A stretch of DNA of 64,000 nucleotides from Camelus ferus (lineage: Eukaryota). Positions 37,147-48,460 of this stretch are shown one piece after another; positions within the stretch are counted from its first letter, which is position 1, and each line of letters begins with the position of its first letter. Under the pieces are notes generated by a model. That model was not told the origin of the DNA. It did no database searches and saw only the letters and a list, made by a program, of their open reading frames with translations. The stretch is from the NCBI RefSeq assembly GCF_009834535.1, contig NC_045717.1, positions 18,848,001 through 18,912,000 on the forward strand. Direction: 5' to 3'. The position numbers were made by a program, and so were the translations under genes.

Positions 37147-40100
37147 CTTAGCATGCACAAGGTCTTGGGTCCAATCCCCAGTCCCTCCCTCAAAAAAAAA
37201 TCTGATTACCTCCCCTCCACACACACACACAAATCTCCCATTTATCAGGCATATACATCTCAGTGAGGCCACCTGACAAACCAGTCAGCGAAATATTTTT
37301 GTTGGCTTCACTTTACAGATGAGGAAACAGAGTCTCAGGAAGGCTCAGCGGCAGAGGTGGAATTAGAATACAGCTCCTGGGCCGCAACTAGGGTGAGGTG
37401 AGTGCGCAAAATAAGAGAGGATACCAAAGATCCAGTCAAGATCAATTACATTTTAATACAATTTTTTTGTGGAGGTGGAGGCAATTAGGTTTATTTTTAT
37501 TTATTTACTTATTTAACAGTACTGGGGATCAAACCCAGGACCTCATGCATGCTAAGCACGCACTCTACCCTCCCTCCTAATACAATATTTTAATCAATCA
37601 AAATTAATACAAAAGAAAAAAAACCCATGACAAACAAATAATCAAGATTTTAAGTAAAGACAGGATCTCACCTTGCATTTGTATGACACTGCCTCACCCA
37701 CCTCACCCTCACCTGTCGTATGCAGTTTCTTACGGATTGCAAAATTCCCACTGTTGTATAGAGGAGTGGTTATGTGTAGCAAAGAGGATGGTACCCTCCA
37801 GAATGCTTTGGGGAAACGTGTGAGAGTGTTTGGTTGCCTCAGTGATAGGCAGGCAAGAGCCAGGGAACCACGCTCTCTTAGAAACAAAAATTTGTTCCAT
37901 GTCCCTTGTGACTTTTGAATGGCATCCCCACTGGATACTTCTGTAGATGAAAAGCCTGATTGATCCTAGAACCAGACTTCTTTTGACATATAAATACAAA
38001 AGCTTTTTGGGACCTGGTTTTAATATTCACTGAATTTTAAAACATTCTGAACAAATGGGGACTTTCTAAACAGATTTTATTATCAATTTCCAACACAATC
38101 TGTGTTCTGATCAGAGAATTTTTCAATGTGCCCTGCATCACCTCATCCTTTTGAAGTCCCTGGAAACTGGCTCTACAGCCTGGCATGTGGCTGATTTTGG
38201 TAAATATCCTATTTATGTATGAAAAGAATGCACATTCTGAAGTTTCCTACGTGAGTCTATTAGGTTGTTTGTTATTCACTTATTCAGATACTCTAGATCT
38301 TGGCTTGTTTTCCATCTGTTTATTATGAAAGTACTTATGGGCACATGTTAAAATCTCCCACAATGGTTGTGGATTCATACATTTCTCCTTGTAGTTCTAT
38401 CAATTTTTACTTTATGTATTTTAAAGCCATGTTATGAGGTACATACAGATTTAGTACTCATATCATACTGGTGAACCAAATCTTTTTCCACTATGTAGTA
38501 GCCTTATTTCCCCTTTTTTGCTACCGAATGTTACAATTAGAACACTGTATTATATATATTTTAAAATATGTATATATTTGGGTTATATTATCTATATATT
38601 CTATATATAATCCATATATTCTATATACTATCTATATATTTCATTTCAGTATAGTAAAGGGACACTACAAAGTGTGTGTTATAAAATAGAGGCACTAAAA
38701 CTGTGAATCGCTGTTTGAAAGCCAGGGAATCTCAGCTCCACCACTTATCAGTTGTATGATTTGGGGCAACCTCTGTGCGTCTCATGTTTCTCATCAGTAA
38801 AGTTAGTTAATATAAATAAGTGCATAGGCTAGGACCTGGTATACAGGAAGAGCTCTGTAAGTGTATGTATGGTTGAAATAAGTAATATTAGACTGAGTGA
38901 CCCAAGAAAGTATGAGTCCTATTGTTTTGTTTCTTGCCATATTTACTGTGAGCCAAGGCCTAGCAATGCCTGGAACATAGTAGGTTCTTAGCAGATTTGG
39001 ATCAGTGAGAACTGTTTCATCCTTGTCTGTTATCTCATACTGCCTTTTTTTTGGTATATATATATATTTTTCATAATGCCATTTTGATACTAGCATCACA
39101 GCCTTAGCATGCTGTGCTGTATTTTGTGGAGACTTGTCTTACTTCTACATCTTTGCACCTCATGTTCCCCCACCCAGAACACCTGTACCTATCTTCTTGT
39201 CTTAGCTCAGCTCTCCTAGATTTAGCCAGCATTGCTGGAGTCTTGCTTTGTGCCCAGCACTGCGCCAGGAATTCTCTGAACATCCCCTCCTTGAAGCCTT
39301 GAAGCAACCTCAAGAGGGCAGCACAGTGGCCTCTGTCTTGTCTACATCGTTATTTGGGGTTTCCTGACACATGCAGAGAAATGTAACTGATCCCCACAAC
39401 TCACCTTCCACAGAAGCAGGAGTTCCTGTCCACCTGATGCCCCACATATGTTCCCCGATATCCACACATCTTTTGGAGCTGGCAGGGATGAGGAAAGGAG
39501 GGACAAATGGGAATGACATGACTGGCTAGACTTCCTGGAGAGGGGATGAGAGTAAAGCCCAGAGATCCTCACCAGAGGGAGGTGTCTGGAAGGACAGAAT
39601 GGGGCTCCACTCGCCCCACAGATCCTCTTCTTTCTCCACCTGGCAGTGGCCAGACATCTCATAGGCAGTGGCGAGATCTAGGTCCTGGATCTCAATAGGT
39701 GTCAGTGGTATGGACTTCACTTCTGGCTCCAGCTAGGGGAGAGACAGGGGAGAGTGAAGAGCTTATGACTGAATTGAAAGTACTTGACCTTATATGTCAG
39801 TAGGATGACCAACTGTCCTGCTTTGCCTGGGACAGAGTGGGTTCCCACGACACAGGGCTTTTGGTTTTAAAACTGGGGCAATCTCTGGCAAGAGACAAGT
39901 CGATCATCCTCTGCGCCAGGTATAGCCATAGGTGGCAAATTATATTATTATTCCCACTTTACCGATGAGGAAAACAAGAGGGCCAAGAGAGGGGAAGTGA
40001 CATGCCCAAGATCACAGAGCTGATGAGTGCTGCAGCTGAGATTCACATCCAGGCAGGCAGATTTCAAAGCCTGCATCTCAGCATTGCTCTGAATTGCATA

Positions 40101-43100
40101 AATATTCACAGTGACAACAACTCTGCTCTATACTGTAGTGTTTTGCATCGAAAGTTGTGACTGAGACAGTGGGTTACCCCCAATATCCATTATCCCCTTC
40201 TTCCTTTGGAAACAGAACCCCTGACTATCAGTTGGGAACTTACGTGTCAAGTGTAAAGACTACACTTCCCAGTCTCCCTTGCAATCAGGCAAGATCATGT
40301 GATTGTGTTCTGGCTAATGAGATAGGAGAGGGAAGATATATGCAACTTCCTGGCTGTGCTCTTAAAATACACGGGCAGGCCCCTCAACTCCTGGGGTCCC
40401 ATTGCTCTGGAGTTGTCTTCCATTTTCTTGCTGTGTGAGCTTGGGAAAGTTTCTTAACTTCTCTGAGATTCAGCTTCCCCCACTATAAAATAGAGCACTC
40501 AAAAGCATCTACTATAGAGGGGGTTCGGGGGTACTTAACAAGATAATCCATGCAGATTGCTTAGCTGGGGACCTGATACATGGCAGGTGTCTAGACATGT
40601 GAGCTGCTTTTATTATTTTTGAGTATTTACTGCAAACGAGGCTCTATTCTGTTCCTCACCTGCAAAGTGGGCAGCTATAAAAAGCACCTATCTCAATGAG
40701 TTCTTGTAAATAAGGAGCCTAGAACAGTGTCTGGCATACAGTAGATGCTAAGTGTCTGCTGTGATTCTTTTTTGTTTGTTTTAACTTTTTAGAACTTTTA
40801 AAACTTTTTTAACAATTTATTTATTTATTTGGGGGGGGAGGGGAGTAGTTAGGTTTCTTTCTTTCTTTTTTAACGCAGGTACTAGGGATTGAACCTGGGT
40901 CCTCCTACATACTAAGCATGCACTCTACCACTGAGCCATACCCTCTCTCTTTCTGTTATTCTTATCTTAAGGGTAATGTAAGCAATTTGAGAATTTCTAT
41001 TCATTCACCAAAATGTTAGAGGCAGTTTATTGAGTTTCTCAAAAATTTCACATGGAATTTAGATTGGGACTGAATGGAATTTATAGAGCATCTTGAGGGG
41101 GAAGTTTTCAGCTGAACAAGATGCATGTACAGATCCTTTGTGAGGAATGTGGACAGACTCCAGGGGCAGGTGAGGAAGGAGCTCTGGGCTGGGTCTCTGA
41201 GTGGAGACGTCCCGGGCCCTACCCAGAACAGGTTAGGGGAAAGGGTCCCTGACACTCACCAGGATCCAGGTCCTCTCCTGGCATCTTCGGTAGTAGAACT
41301 GGCAGACCAGAACCTTATGGGGTGGCCACAATGGAGGGGCCCATTGGACAGTGGCTTCAAGGGGGTCATCTTCTGAGAAGTCCACATCAGGGCCCAGTCG
41401 GGGAGCATCCGGCTTCACTGAGGAAGGACAGGACGAGGTCCACTGAGCTGGGGCCTCCAGGACCATCCACCCCATAGATAGCTCACCCATCCTCTCGCCT
41501 GTTTACTTCGGGTTTCGAGGTTCACGAACACTGGGGGCCAGAGAGGCTGGCCCGCCTTGACCGCCCAGACAAGGAGTTCATCAGACGTGGTGAGCTGTTC
41601 CCGTGGAATGGTCACCCAGCTCTGCCCAGTGGGCACTGTCACAGTCCAGATTTTGTTGGAATGGCTGTGAGGAGAGATGCAGGAATGGTATAGTGGGCTG
41701 GGCCCAGAGCCGTAACAATAACATCTGCTCTGCCCAGGTTCAAGTCCCAGTTCTGCTGCTTCAGAGCTGTGTGACCTTGAGCAAGTGACTTAACTTCTCT
41801 GTGCTTCAGTTTCCTCATCTACAAAATGAGGGTGATAAATGTACCCACTGAGACGACTGAATAGGGGAGCAAAATCAATGAGATAAGAAATGGAATTCAT
41901 TTTTTAAATTGGGAGGTGGTAATTAGGTTTGTTTGTTTGTTTATTTAGGAGGTACTAGAGATTGAACCCAGGACCTCATATATGCTAAGCACACACTCTA
42001 CCACTGAGCTAGACCCTTCCCCTCAAAATGGAATGCATTTAGAACAGCGAGTGTCAGGTGCACCATGCATGTTATGTGAGCATTGTTTTTTTTAATTGAG
42101 CATCTATTATATACATATCCACATTTACTTCTGTGTAACTGTTCAGTTAGCAAATAGATACTTTGTGCCAGGCCCTGTTGTAGAAGCTGAGAGTAGGAAT
42201 ATGCCCACAGCAGCCAAGGATTGGCTCTCTGGAGCTGGTGTTCCGGTGGGGGAGGCAGATGAGAAGCATATAAATATAAAACTGATGGTGGTATAAGCGA
42301 TGTAAATAACAATCAAGCAGGGTGAGGAGGATGCAGTGTGATGATGGGATGGGGGTGACAGCGCTATTTTAGGGAGGGTGGTCAGAAAAGTTCTCTCTGA
42401 TGAGACATTTGAATAAAAGCCTGAAGGATGTGAAGGCAGAGCCGTGCAGTACCTGGGGAAAGACGGAGCAGCCAGTGCAAAGGCCCTGAGGCCAAACTGT
42501 GCCTACGGTTTTATGAGAAACAGTGAGGAGGAGGCTCGCATGGCTGGAAGAGAGTGAGTGAGGGGGGGAAGTGGGAGGAGGTGAGGGCAGGGAGGTGACA
42601 AGCAGATCGTTTGGGGCCTGGTGGGCTGCAGGAAGGATTCTGGCTTTTACCCTGAGTGAGGTGGGAGCCCTGGAGGGCTGTGAGCACAGGAGGGACATGC
42701 CCTGATGCAGAAATTCACAAGTGCCCTCTGCATGGTGGGGCAGAGAAAAGACTGTGGGGCTGAGGGTGGAAACCAGAGTTCAGGGAGGAGGTGACTACGT
42801 GGTCCAGTCCGGCGCTGATGGGGACTGGACCATGGTGGGTTCCAAGGAGGCAAGGAGTTGCCAGATTCTGGATAACATGGAAGATGGAGCTGGCAAGGCC
42901 TGCTGATGGGTCAGATATGGGTGAGAGACAAAGGCATGAAGATGTCTCAAAGGACTGGATTTCAAAGATTCAAATAAAAGCCTTCATCAAAAACAACAAA
43001 AACACACGTTGGCAAATATGTGTGGAGAAATTGGAGCCCTCAGACATGGCTAGTGGGAACCTAAAATGGAGCAGCTGTTGCAGAAAACACTTAGGTGGTT

Positions 43101-45157
43101 CCTCAAATAGTTAAACACAGAATTGCCATGTGACTCGGCAATTTTACTCCTATGTGTATACCCCAAAGAACTGACAACAGAGGGGTGGGTATAGCTCAGT
43201 GGTAGAACGCATGCTTTAGCATGCATGAAGTCCTGGGTTCAATCCTCGGTCCCTCCATTAAAATAAATAAATAAAAGTAAGCATCATTTATTAAAAAAAA
43301 AAAAAAAAAGAACTGACAACAAAGACTCAAAAACTTACACAGTGATATTCATAGCACTGCTAGTCACAATTGCCCAAAGGCAGAAACAACCCAAATGTCC
43401 ATCAAGAGATGAATGGATGAACAAAGCACAGTATATCCATANNNNNNNNNNNNNNNNNNNNNNNNNNNNNNNNNNNNNNNNNNNNNNNNNNNNNNNNNNN
43501 NNNNNNNNNNNNNNNNNNNNNNNNNNNNNNNNNNNNNNNNNNNNNNNNNNNNNNNNNNNNNNNNNNNNNNNNNNNNNNNNNNNNNNNNNNNNNNNNNNNN
43601 NNNNNNNNNNNNNNNNNNNNNNNNNNNNNNNNNNNNNNNNNNNNNNNNNNNTGGCGATAAACCTTCCTTTGGGGGTGATGGAAATGTTCTGGAACTAGAT
43701 AGAGGCGGTGTTGCGCAACATTGTGAACATACTAAATGCCACAGAATTGTTCACTTGAAGATGTTTAATTTTATGTGAATTTTGCCTCATTAAAAAAATG
43801 GGGGACCTATTCTTATTCTCTCATCCTCTACCAATAAAACTAGGCCCCACTTCTGGAGACGGATGGTGGTGATGGCTGTGTAACAATGTGAATGCACTTA
43901 ATGCCACTAAAGTGTACGCTTATAGATGCTTGAGAAAAAAGTTCTAAATTTTATTTGTATTTTACCACCATTATAAAAAAAAAGTCTCCCCCAGTTCCCA
44001 CCTTTAAATGCTGCTTTTACTCTCCACTCAGCCAAATTTGAAACAAATTTGAGTTTCATCAGGTGTGATTCATCATGAAGCAACATCAGTCACCCCCTTG
44101 GACTGCAGACTCCACGAGGCTTTCTGTGTCTCTCACTGCTGCATCCTCAGCACCATACAGAATGAACTTTTCATACGCTCAGAGAGGTTAAGCTACTTGC
44201 CTAAGGTCACACAGCAATAAAAACACCTTCTAATCATTAAGCATTGTCTCTTTACCAAGTTCCTGAGTTGAATCCTCAGAATCAACCCCGGGAGGCAGGT
44301 TTCTTTATTATCACCATTTGACAGAGGAAAAGGAAAGGCTCAGAGAGGGAAAGTGACTGGTCCAGAGTAACACAGCAAGGAAATGAGGAAATTTGGAATC
44401 GAAGGGCTTGAGGGTGGGGCAGGGCTGGGGACCTCTCAACCTGAGAATGCCAGGACCTGAGTGGTCACCCTTTCAAAGCCTCAGTTTCCCCGTCACCCCA
44501 TTGTACTCACTACTTCTGGCTCTGGTGGTATAGAGCGGAGAGGGCTCCTAGGTCCCCAAGAGGCTCCCACGAGCAGTTCAAGTCACCCAAGGGTCCAATT
44601 CCATAGCACTGTAGTGGCCCAGGGCTGCCTGGAGAAGGAGGCGGGAGGGTCCGAGGGACGGTCAATTCCCCCAGGCGCCCGCACACACCTGAACCTGAAC
44701 TTCCCCGACTTCTGACAATCGAGGAGGGCGATTCAGAGTCCCTGACGGAAGCGAGCAGCAGGAAGCGGCCGCTGGGCACCGCTCCCCAGGCTTTAGGCAG
44801 AACTCCTCTCCCTCTGCCCGCCACATCCTGTTACCACCCCAAGAGCCCTACCCCTACCCCCAACCCCGGCCTCTGGCTCCCCGCTCGCTGCCGCCTATTC
44901 CCCGAGTCCTTTCTCTGCCTGATCCCTGCCCCGGGTGAAGAGCCGAGTGGCGTCCGGACCTCTGTCATTCATTCCGCAAACCTGTGTTTCACCCTGGAGG
45001 ATATGCGCTGTTCTCGTGAGCGCGGCGACAGAGCGCCCGACACGAGCTCGCTCCACAACTCACCCCGCAGCTGAGTCCACTGGAACAGCAGCAACAGCAG
45101 AAGCAGCAGCACCAGTTTCGGCCGCGGCGGGAAGGGGGAGGCCCGGGCCCCCGGCAT
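30192..45157 (-). CDS. IL27RA: Interleukin-27 receptor subunit alpha (WSX-1), 14 coding exons, 653 aa as assembled
   Basis: Exons 45157-45064, 44628-44511, 41664-41507, 41417-41260, 39732-39573, 39478-39405, 37027-36847, 36751-36563, 34336-34235, 34160-34002, 31441-31316, 30941-30848, 30660-30567 and 30446-30192 are all in phase. Features: signal peptide, LQCYGIGPLGDLNCSW, WGEWS (WSXWS-like), FNIII repeats, TM segment VLPGVLLLWVLLLTGCGLSLA, Box1-like VLPQWAWEKVPDP, and GYEKHF. Confidence 0.96.
31828..32057. mobile_element. Tigger1-derived MITE with terminal inverted repeats and TA target-site duplication
   Basis: TA-CAGTTGACTCTTGAAC at the left end and GTTCACGGATCAACGG-TA at the right end; internal ATCCGTGGATTCAACC. 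Confidence 0.75.
32722..32862 (-). mobile_element. vic-1-like SINE
   Basis: Reverse-complement copy, head-to-head with the next copy. Confidence 0.85.
32912..33000 (+). mobile_element. vic-1-like SINE (short form)
   Basis: GGTATAGCTCAGGGGTAGAG...GGTCCTGGGTTCAATCCCCAGTACCTC followed by poly(A). Confidence 0.9.
33215..33362 (+). mobile_element. L1 3' end fragment
   Basis: GATGTTAACTAAACTTA...ATCATTTCACAG...AAACCATTATGCTGTACACCTTAAAC...CAATAAAACTGG. Confidence 0.65.
33397..33548 (+). mobile_element. vic-1-like SINE
   Basis: A and B boxes, CCTAATTATCTCCCC tail, poly(A). Confidence 0.9.
35659..35753 (-). mobile_element. vic-1-like SINE with an internally inverted T-loop
   Basis: Minus-orientation head and poly(T), but the B-box loop is in plus orientation. 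Flanking direct repeat CCAGAGAGGCCTTT at 35639 and 35757. Confidence 0.85.
35901..36040 (+). mobile_element. vic-1-like SINE
   Basis: Near-consensus copy with TSD-like AAGAATGTT(G)AGCA on both flanks. Confidence 0.9.
36226..36318 (-). mobile_element. vic-1-like SINE (short form)
   Basis: Poly(T)-AATGGAGGTACTGGGGATT...CTCTACCACTGAGCTATATACCCTCCCC. Confidence 0.9.
37069..37230 (+). mobile_element. vic-1-like SINE containing a (GT)23(CG)4 microsatellite
   Basis: TSD ATCTCCCATT at 37057-37066 and 37233-37242. The repeat at 37092-37147 lies between the A and B boxes. Confidence 0.9.
37092..37147. repeat. (GT)23G followed by (CG)4C alternating purine-pyrimidine microsatellite
   Basis: Read directly; 56 bp of strict alternation. 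Confidence 0.95.
37461..37578 (-). mobile_element. vic-1-like SINE (head truncated)
   Basis: GGCAATTAGGTTTATT...GTACTGGGGATCAAACCCAGGACCTC... Confidence 0.85.
40157..40420. mobile_element. MLT1-like LTR fragment
   Basis: CCCCTTCTTCCTT...AAAGACTACACTTCCCAGTCTCCCTTGCA...CATGTGA...TTCTGGCTAATGAGAT. Confidence 0.55.
40815..40946 (-). mobile_element. vic-1-like SINE
   Basis: Reverse copy with GGGATTGAACC and CTCTACCACTGAGCCATACCC. Confidence 0.85.
41899..42022 (-). mobile_element. vic-1-like SINE
   Basis: Reverse copy with GGTAATTAGGTTT and GATTGAACCCAGGACCTC. Confidence 0.85.
42960..43985 (+). mobile_element. L1MB-like 3' fragments (split by a SINE and an N-gap)
   Basis: TGTGGAGAAATTGGA...TCCTCAAATAGTTAAACACAGAATT...GAAACAACCCAAATGTCCATC...GGTGATGGAAATGTTCTGGAACTAGATAG. 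Confidence 0.75.
43181..43306 (+). mobile_element. vic-1-like SINE nested in an L1 fragment
   Basis: TSD AAAGAACTGACAACA on both flanks. Confidence 0.9.
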
Positions 45158-45440
45158 GGCGCCCCCGCGCCCCCCAGTGCCTCTCGGCCCTGCCCGGCCC
45201 AGCGCGGCCGCGCCGCTCGCCGCGCTCTCGGGGCCAGCGCTCGAGCGGCGACGGGAAGCGGAGCCACCCCTCCCCGCCGCCTCCGCACCTTGCGCTCCGG
45301 GTCCCAGCCCCTTCGCTGTGCCGGAAAGTCCCCGCTGGGGCTGGGGAGGGGGAGGGGGAGGGCGGGGAGAGGGGAGAGGAGGAGTGGTGGAGGGACAGGA
45401 GGGAGTCTGGGGCGTGGGGGGGCGCTGAGGGTGCGGCCTC
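44640..45440. promoter_or_regulatory. IL27RA: IL27RA CpG island and promoter with a G-run cluster
   Basis: CpG-dense region around the ATG at 45157. CCGGAA at 45321. Seven G3-G5 runs at 45337-45374. Confidence 0.75.
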
Positions 45441-45504
45441 GCTCCCCTCAGACCCGCCCCTCCCCACAAAACACCACGCACACCCTGCAAAGTCCTTTGG
45501 AACT

Positions 45505-45510
45505 TTTATT
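45505..45510 (-). terminator. RLN3: Probable RLN3 polyadenylation signal
   Basis: First minus-strand AATAAA I found downstream of the RLN3 stop (about 550 nt). Confidence 0.6.
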
Positions 45511-46060
45511 TTGGGGGTCGTAGAAGGTTCTGATCCATCCCCCCACCCAGCTTCCCACCCCAGGATATGAACAGAACAGAGGGGACCGATCACCAACACG
45601 GGTCCACGGCATTAGAACCCCAGCAGGCGGGGTTAGAGGTAGAGGGGCTGGAAGGCAGGGGGAAGGGAGGGAGCAAAGGCTGGAATGGGGCAGGGCTATA
45701 ATTTGGGCTAGCGAGGGGACAGTGGCCACAGTTAGGGCAGGAGAGAGTCACAGTTTGGGCAAGGGTCTCAGTGTGGCCAGTTTGGGGAGAGTAGGGGCAC
45801 TGCTGCATCAGGGGACAGCATAGGCCAGGAAAGGCATGATATAGGTTGGGGAGAGGTCAGGGTCCCCATTTGGCCAGGTACGGTTCAGGGTAGGCTGGAC
45901 GAAGGTCAGGGTTGGGTAGGGGGAGCCCCCAGTGCCTGACCTCTGTGACTTGCTGATGAATGAACGGGTGAGGGGCCAGGAACAGGTGCCCAGCTGGACA
46001 CCAGTTAGGTGGATGGCAGGGCTGGGGCGTTCACCCCAGCGCCCCTCCCCTGTCTCCGTT

Positions 46061-46885
46061 CTAGCAGAGGCTGCTGATTTCACTCTTGCTGCACCCCCAC
46101 TTGCAGCAGTTGCTGGAGAGGCCAGCCAGGACATCGCGGCTGCCCCGCAGAGCACCGGCGGTTCCCTGCCAGCCCGGTCGGCCCCCATAGAAGGCCTGGG
46201 GGGACTTGGTCAGAGCCAGCCACTCGCTGGAAGCCACTGCCTCATCCAGCTTGCTGTTTGCTTCAGAGTCTGCATCTGGGAAGGCATCCCCTGCAAAAGA
46301 TGGAAAGACTTAGTGCTTAGGACTCACTCTTGTCACACCCAGAGTCCAGGTTCCTGGCTGGTCCAGCTACTTCTCTGTTCTTATGACTCAGCCTTGTGGG
46401 TAAAGGTTTTGATTCCAGTCAGGCCTGGGTTCCAGCTTTGATAGGCAGCTTACTTAACCCCATTAAACTTGGCTTTCCTTTACTGTTTTGTCTGTTTGTT
46501 TTGTTTTGTTTTTAGTGGGGGTATTGGGGATTGAACCTAGGACCTTGTGCTAAGCACACACTCTACCACTGAGCTACTACCCTCCCCCTCTTTTCCCTTA
46601 CTATTTATTTATGGAGGACCTGATAGTTGAGAACATGTGTTTGGGAGCCGAACTAAGCACTGATCCAGCCTCTGAGTTATAATCCTGAACAAGTAAATTT
46701 ACTTCTCTGAGCTTCAGTTTCCTTGTCTGCAAAGTGGGGATAATAATAACTCGGACCTTCTAGGGTTTTATACAGAGTAGATGACTTAATTAATACCCAT
46801 TTAAAAAATTAGTGTCTGGCACATGGCAAGCGCACAAAATAGCACTGATTATTTATTGAGAACTTACTGTGTGCCAAACACTGCT

Positions 46886-46920
<35 letters not shown>

Positions 46921-47897
46921 CAGACACTGCTGTAAGGGCTTTAGTAGATTAAGTCCTTTATCCTTCTCAATGACAACTCCATGTTGTTATTATCGCCCCC
47001 GTTTTCCAGAGGACAACACTGAAGCCCAATTCAGTAAAGTAACTTCACAAGGACAAACGGCTATTAAGGTGTAGACCTGCTGTTTGAATCCAGGCAGTGT
47101 GTCTTCTAAGTCCACATTCATATCATCATCATGATCATCTATTTTTTGTCAGTTGCCTGCCCTCTGCTTGAGCCCAGATTGAGCCCACTGACCTGTTTAG
47201 ACTGTGTCCTAATCTGTTTTGACTCAATTTTGCCACTTAACAAACCTGCAAGATACAGGGTCTTGCCTCCTCTTTGCAGATAAAGAGGATCAAGGAGGGA
47301 AAGCAATATGGAAGGAAGGTCACCTCCTAGGGGGCAAATTGTATACACCACACCCCTCACACTACCTTCCCTAAAGAGTTGGAAATCACTTCAGTTTTGG
47401 CTTCTGAATGGTGCCTACCAGGGTCGTACAAACAGCAGCCTTTCCTATCACAGGGCTCGAACATAGCAGGTGTTCCAGAAAGAGTAGCCTGTTCTCTGAC
47501 TTTTAGCAGGTGGAAATGGTTGGCCGCCCTACCCCTCCATCCCAGCTCCGCAGCTCTTCTAACTGGCTCCCCCAGCCTTGGCCCATTTCCCCAGCTGCAT
47601 GTAGGAAAGGAAGGACTCTCCTGCCCTGGCCCTTTATCTCTCCTTGAACCTATCCCACATCCCATCAATCCCCCTCCCCGTCATACACACTACCTCCCAA
47701 GTCTCACCCAGAGCTTCATGGGCCAGGATGTCCGACCGTCTCCACCGGGACCCCCCGCAGGTAAAGATGACTGCTCGGATGAATTCACGGCCGCAAAGCT
47801 TCACTCTGTAGGGTGCTGTTCGGGCCTCGGTCCTCAGCCACAGCTCCCCAGCCAGCACCCACACAGCCAGCAGGAGCAGCAGCGGGCGCTTGGCCAT
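46061..47897 (-). CDS. RLN3: Prorelaxin-3 (insulin/relaxin family), 2 exons, 139 aa
   Basis: Exon 47897-47708 holds the signal peptide and B chain RTAPYRVKLCGREFIRAVIFTCGGSRW followed by RR. Exon 46290-46061 holds the C-peptide and A chain DVLAGLSSNCCKWGCSKSEISSLC* (TAG 46063-46061). The frame is intact. Confidence 0.98.
46495..46588 (-). mobile_element. vic-1-like SINE in the RLN3 intron
   Basis: GGGGATTGAACCTAGGACC...CTCTACCACTGAGCTACTACCCTCCCC. Confidence 0.85.
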
Positions 47898-47970
47898 GCT
47901 GGACGGGGCTGCCTGAGACGTGAGAGTGGGTGCAGTGAGGCAGTTTCCTCCACTCCCTCCTGGCCCCCCA

Positions 47971-47976
47971 TTTATA
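47971..47976 (-). promoter_or_regulatory. RLN3: RLN3 TATA box
   Basis: TATAAA on minus, 74 nt upstream of the ATG. Confidence 0.65.
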
Positions 47977-48460
47977 ACTCTCAGTTCCCCCTACCTGCGG
48001 TGGAGGAGCCAAGTGACCTCCTTTATCTCCTCCAGCAGAGGGGAGGCGGGCACGGCTCCCCCCAACCCAACCTTTCCCGTTTCCCGGACTGAGTGATAAC
48101 CTTTCGCCAAGGATGAGGTGATGTGGTCCAGCTCACTGTCATCGTCAACAGAGAGGCGAGAAGGCCTCCATTCAGCAGTGACCAGGGACCCAGAGCCCCC
48201 ACCAGACGTGGAGAGGGGGCACAGCCAGCACCCCCAACGCCGCCCAACACCACTGTGCTGCGAGTGTCTCTCGACTCCTCGGTAATAAAAAAGTGAGTGT
48301 CTACAGTGCATGAGCCAAGGGGCCAGGCACCGTTCTAAATACTTACACTTGTTTAATGATTTGATCCTCCCTACAACCTATGATAATAATGGTTCTCAAA
48401 TTTGAGCAAACCTCAGAATCTCCTGGAGAGCTGGTTAAAACTGCTCGCTGGGGATGGGGT

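Noticed and set aside
40258-40272. ZNF143-like ACTACACTTCCCAG in IL27RA intron 4
   Set aside because: Lies inside an MLT1 LTR fragment, isolated, with no CpG or promoter context.
45808-46188. ORF MGADRAGREPP... overlapping RLN3 exon 2, at first suggesting an RLN3 frameshift
   Set aside because: Recounting (TAT GGG GGC CGA at 46189-46178) shows the RLN3 frame is intact through the A chain. This ORF is just a shifted frame.
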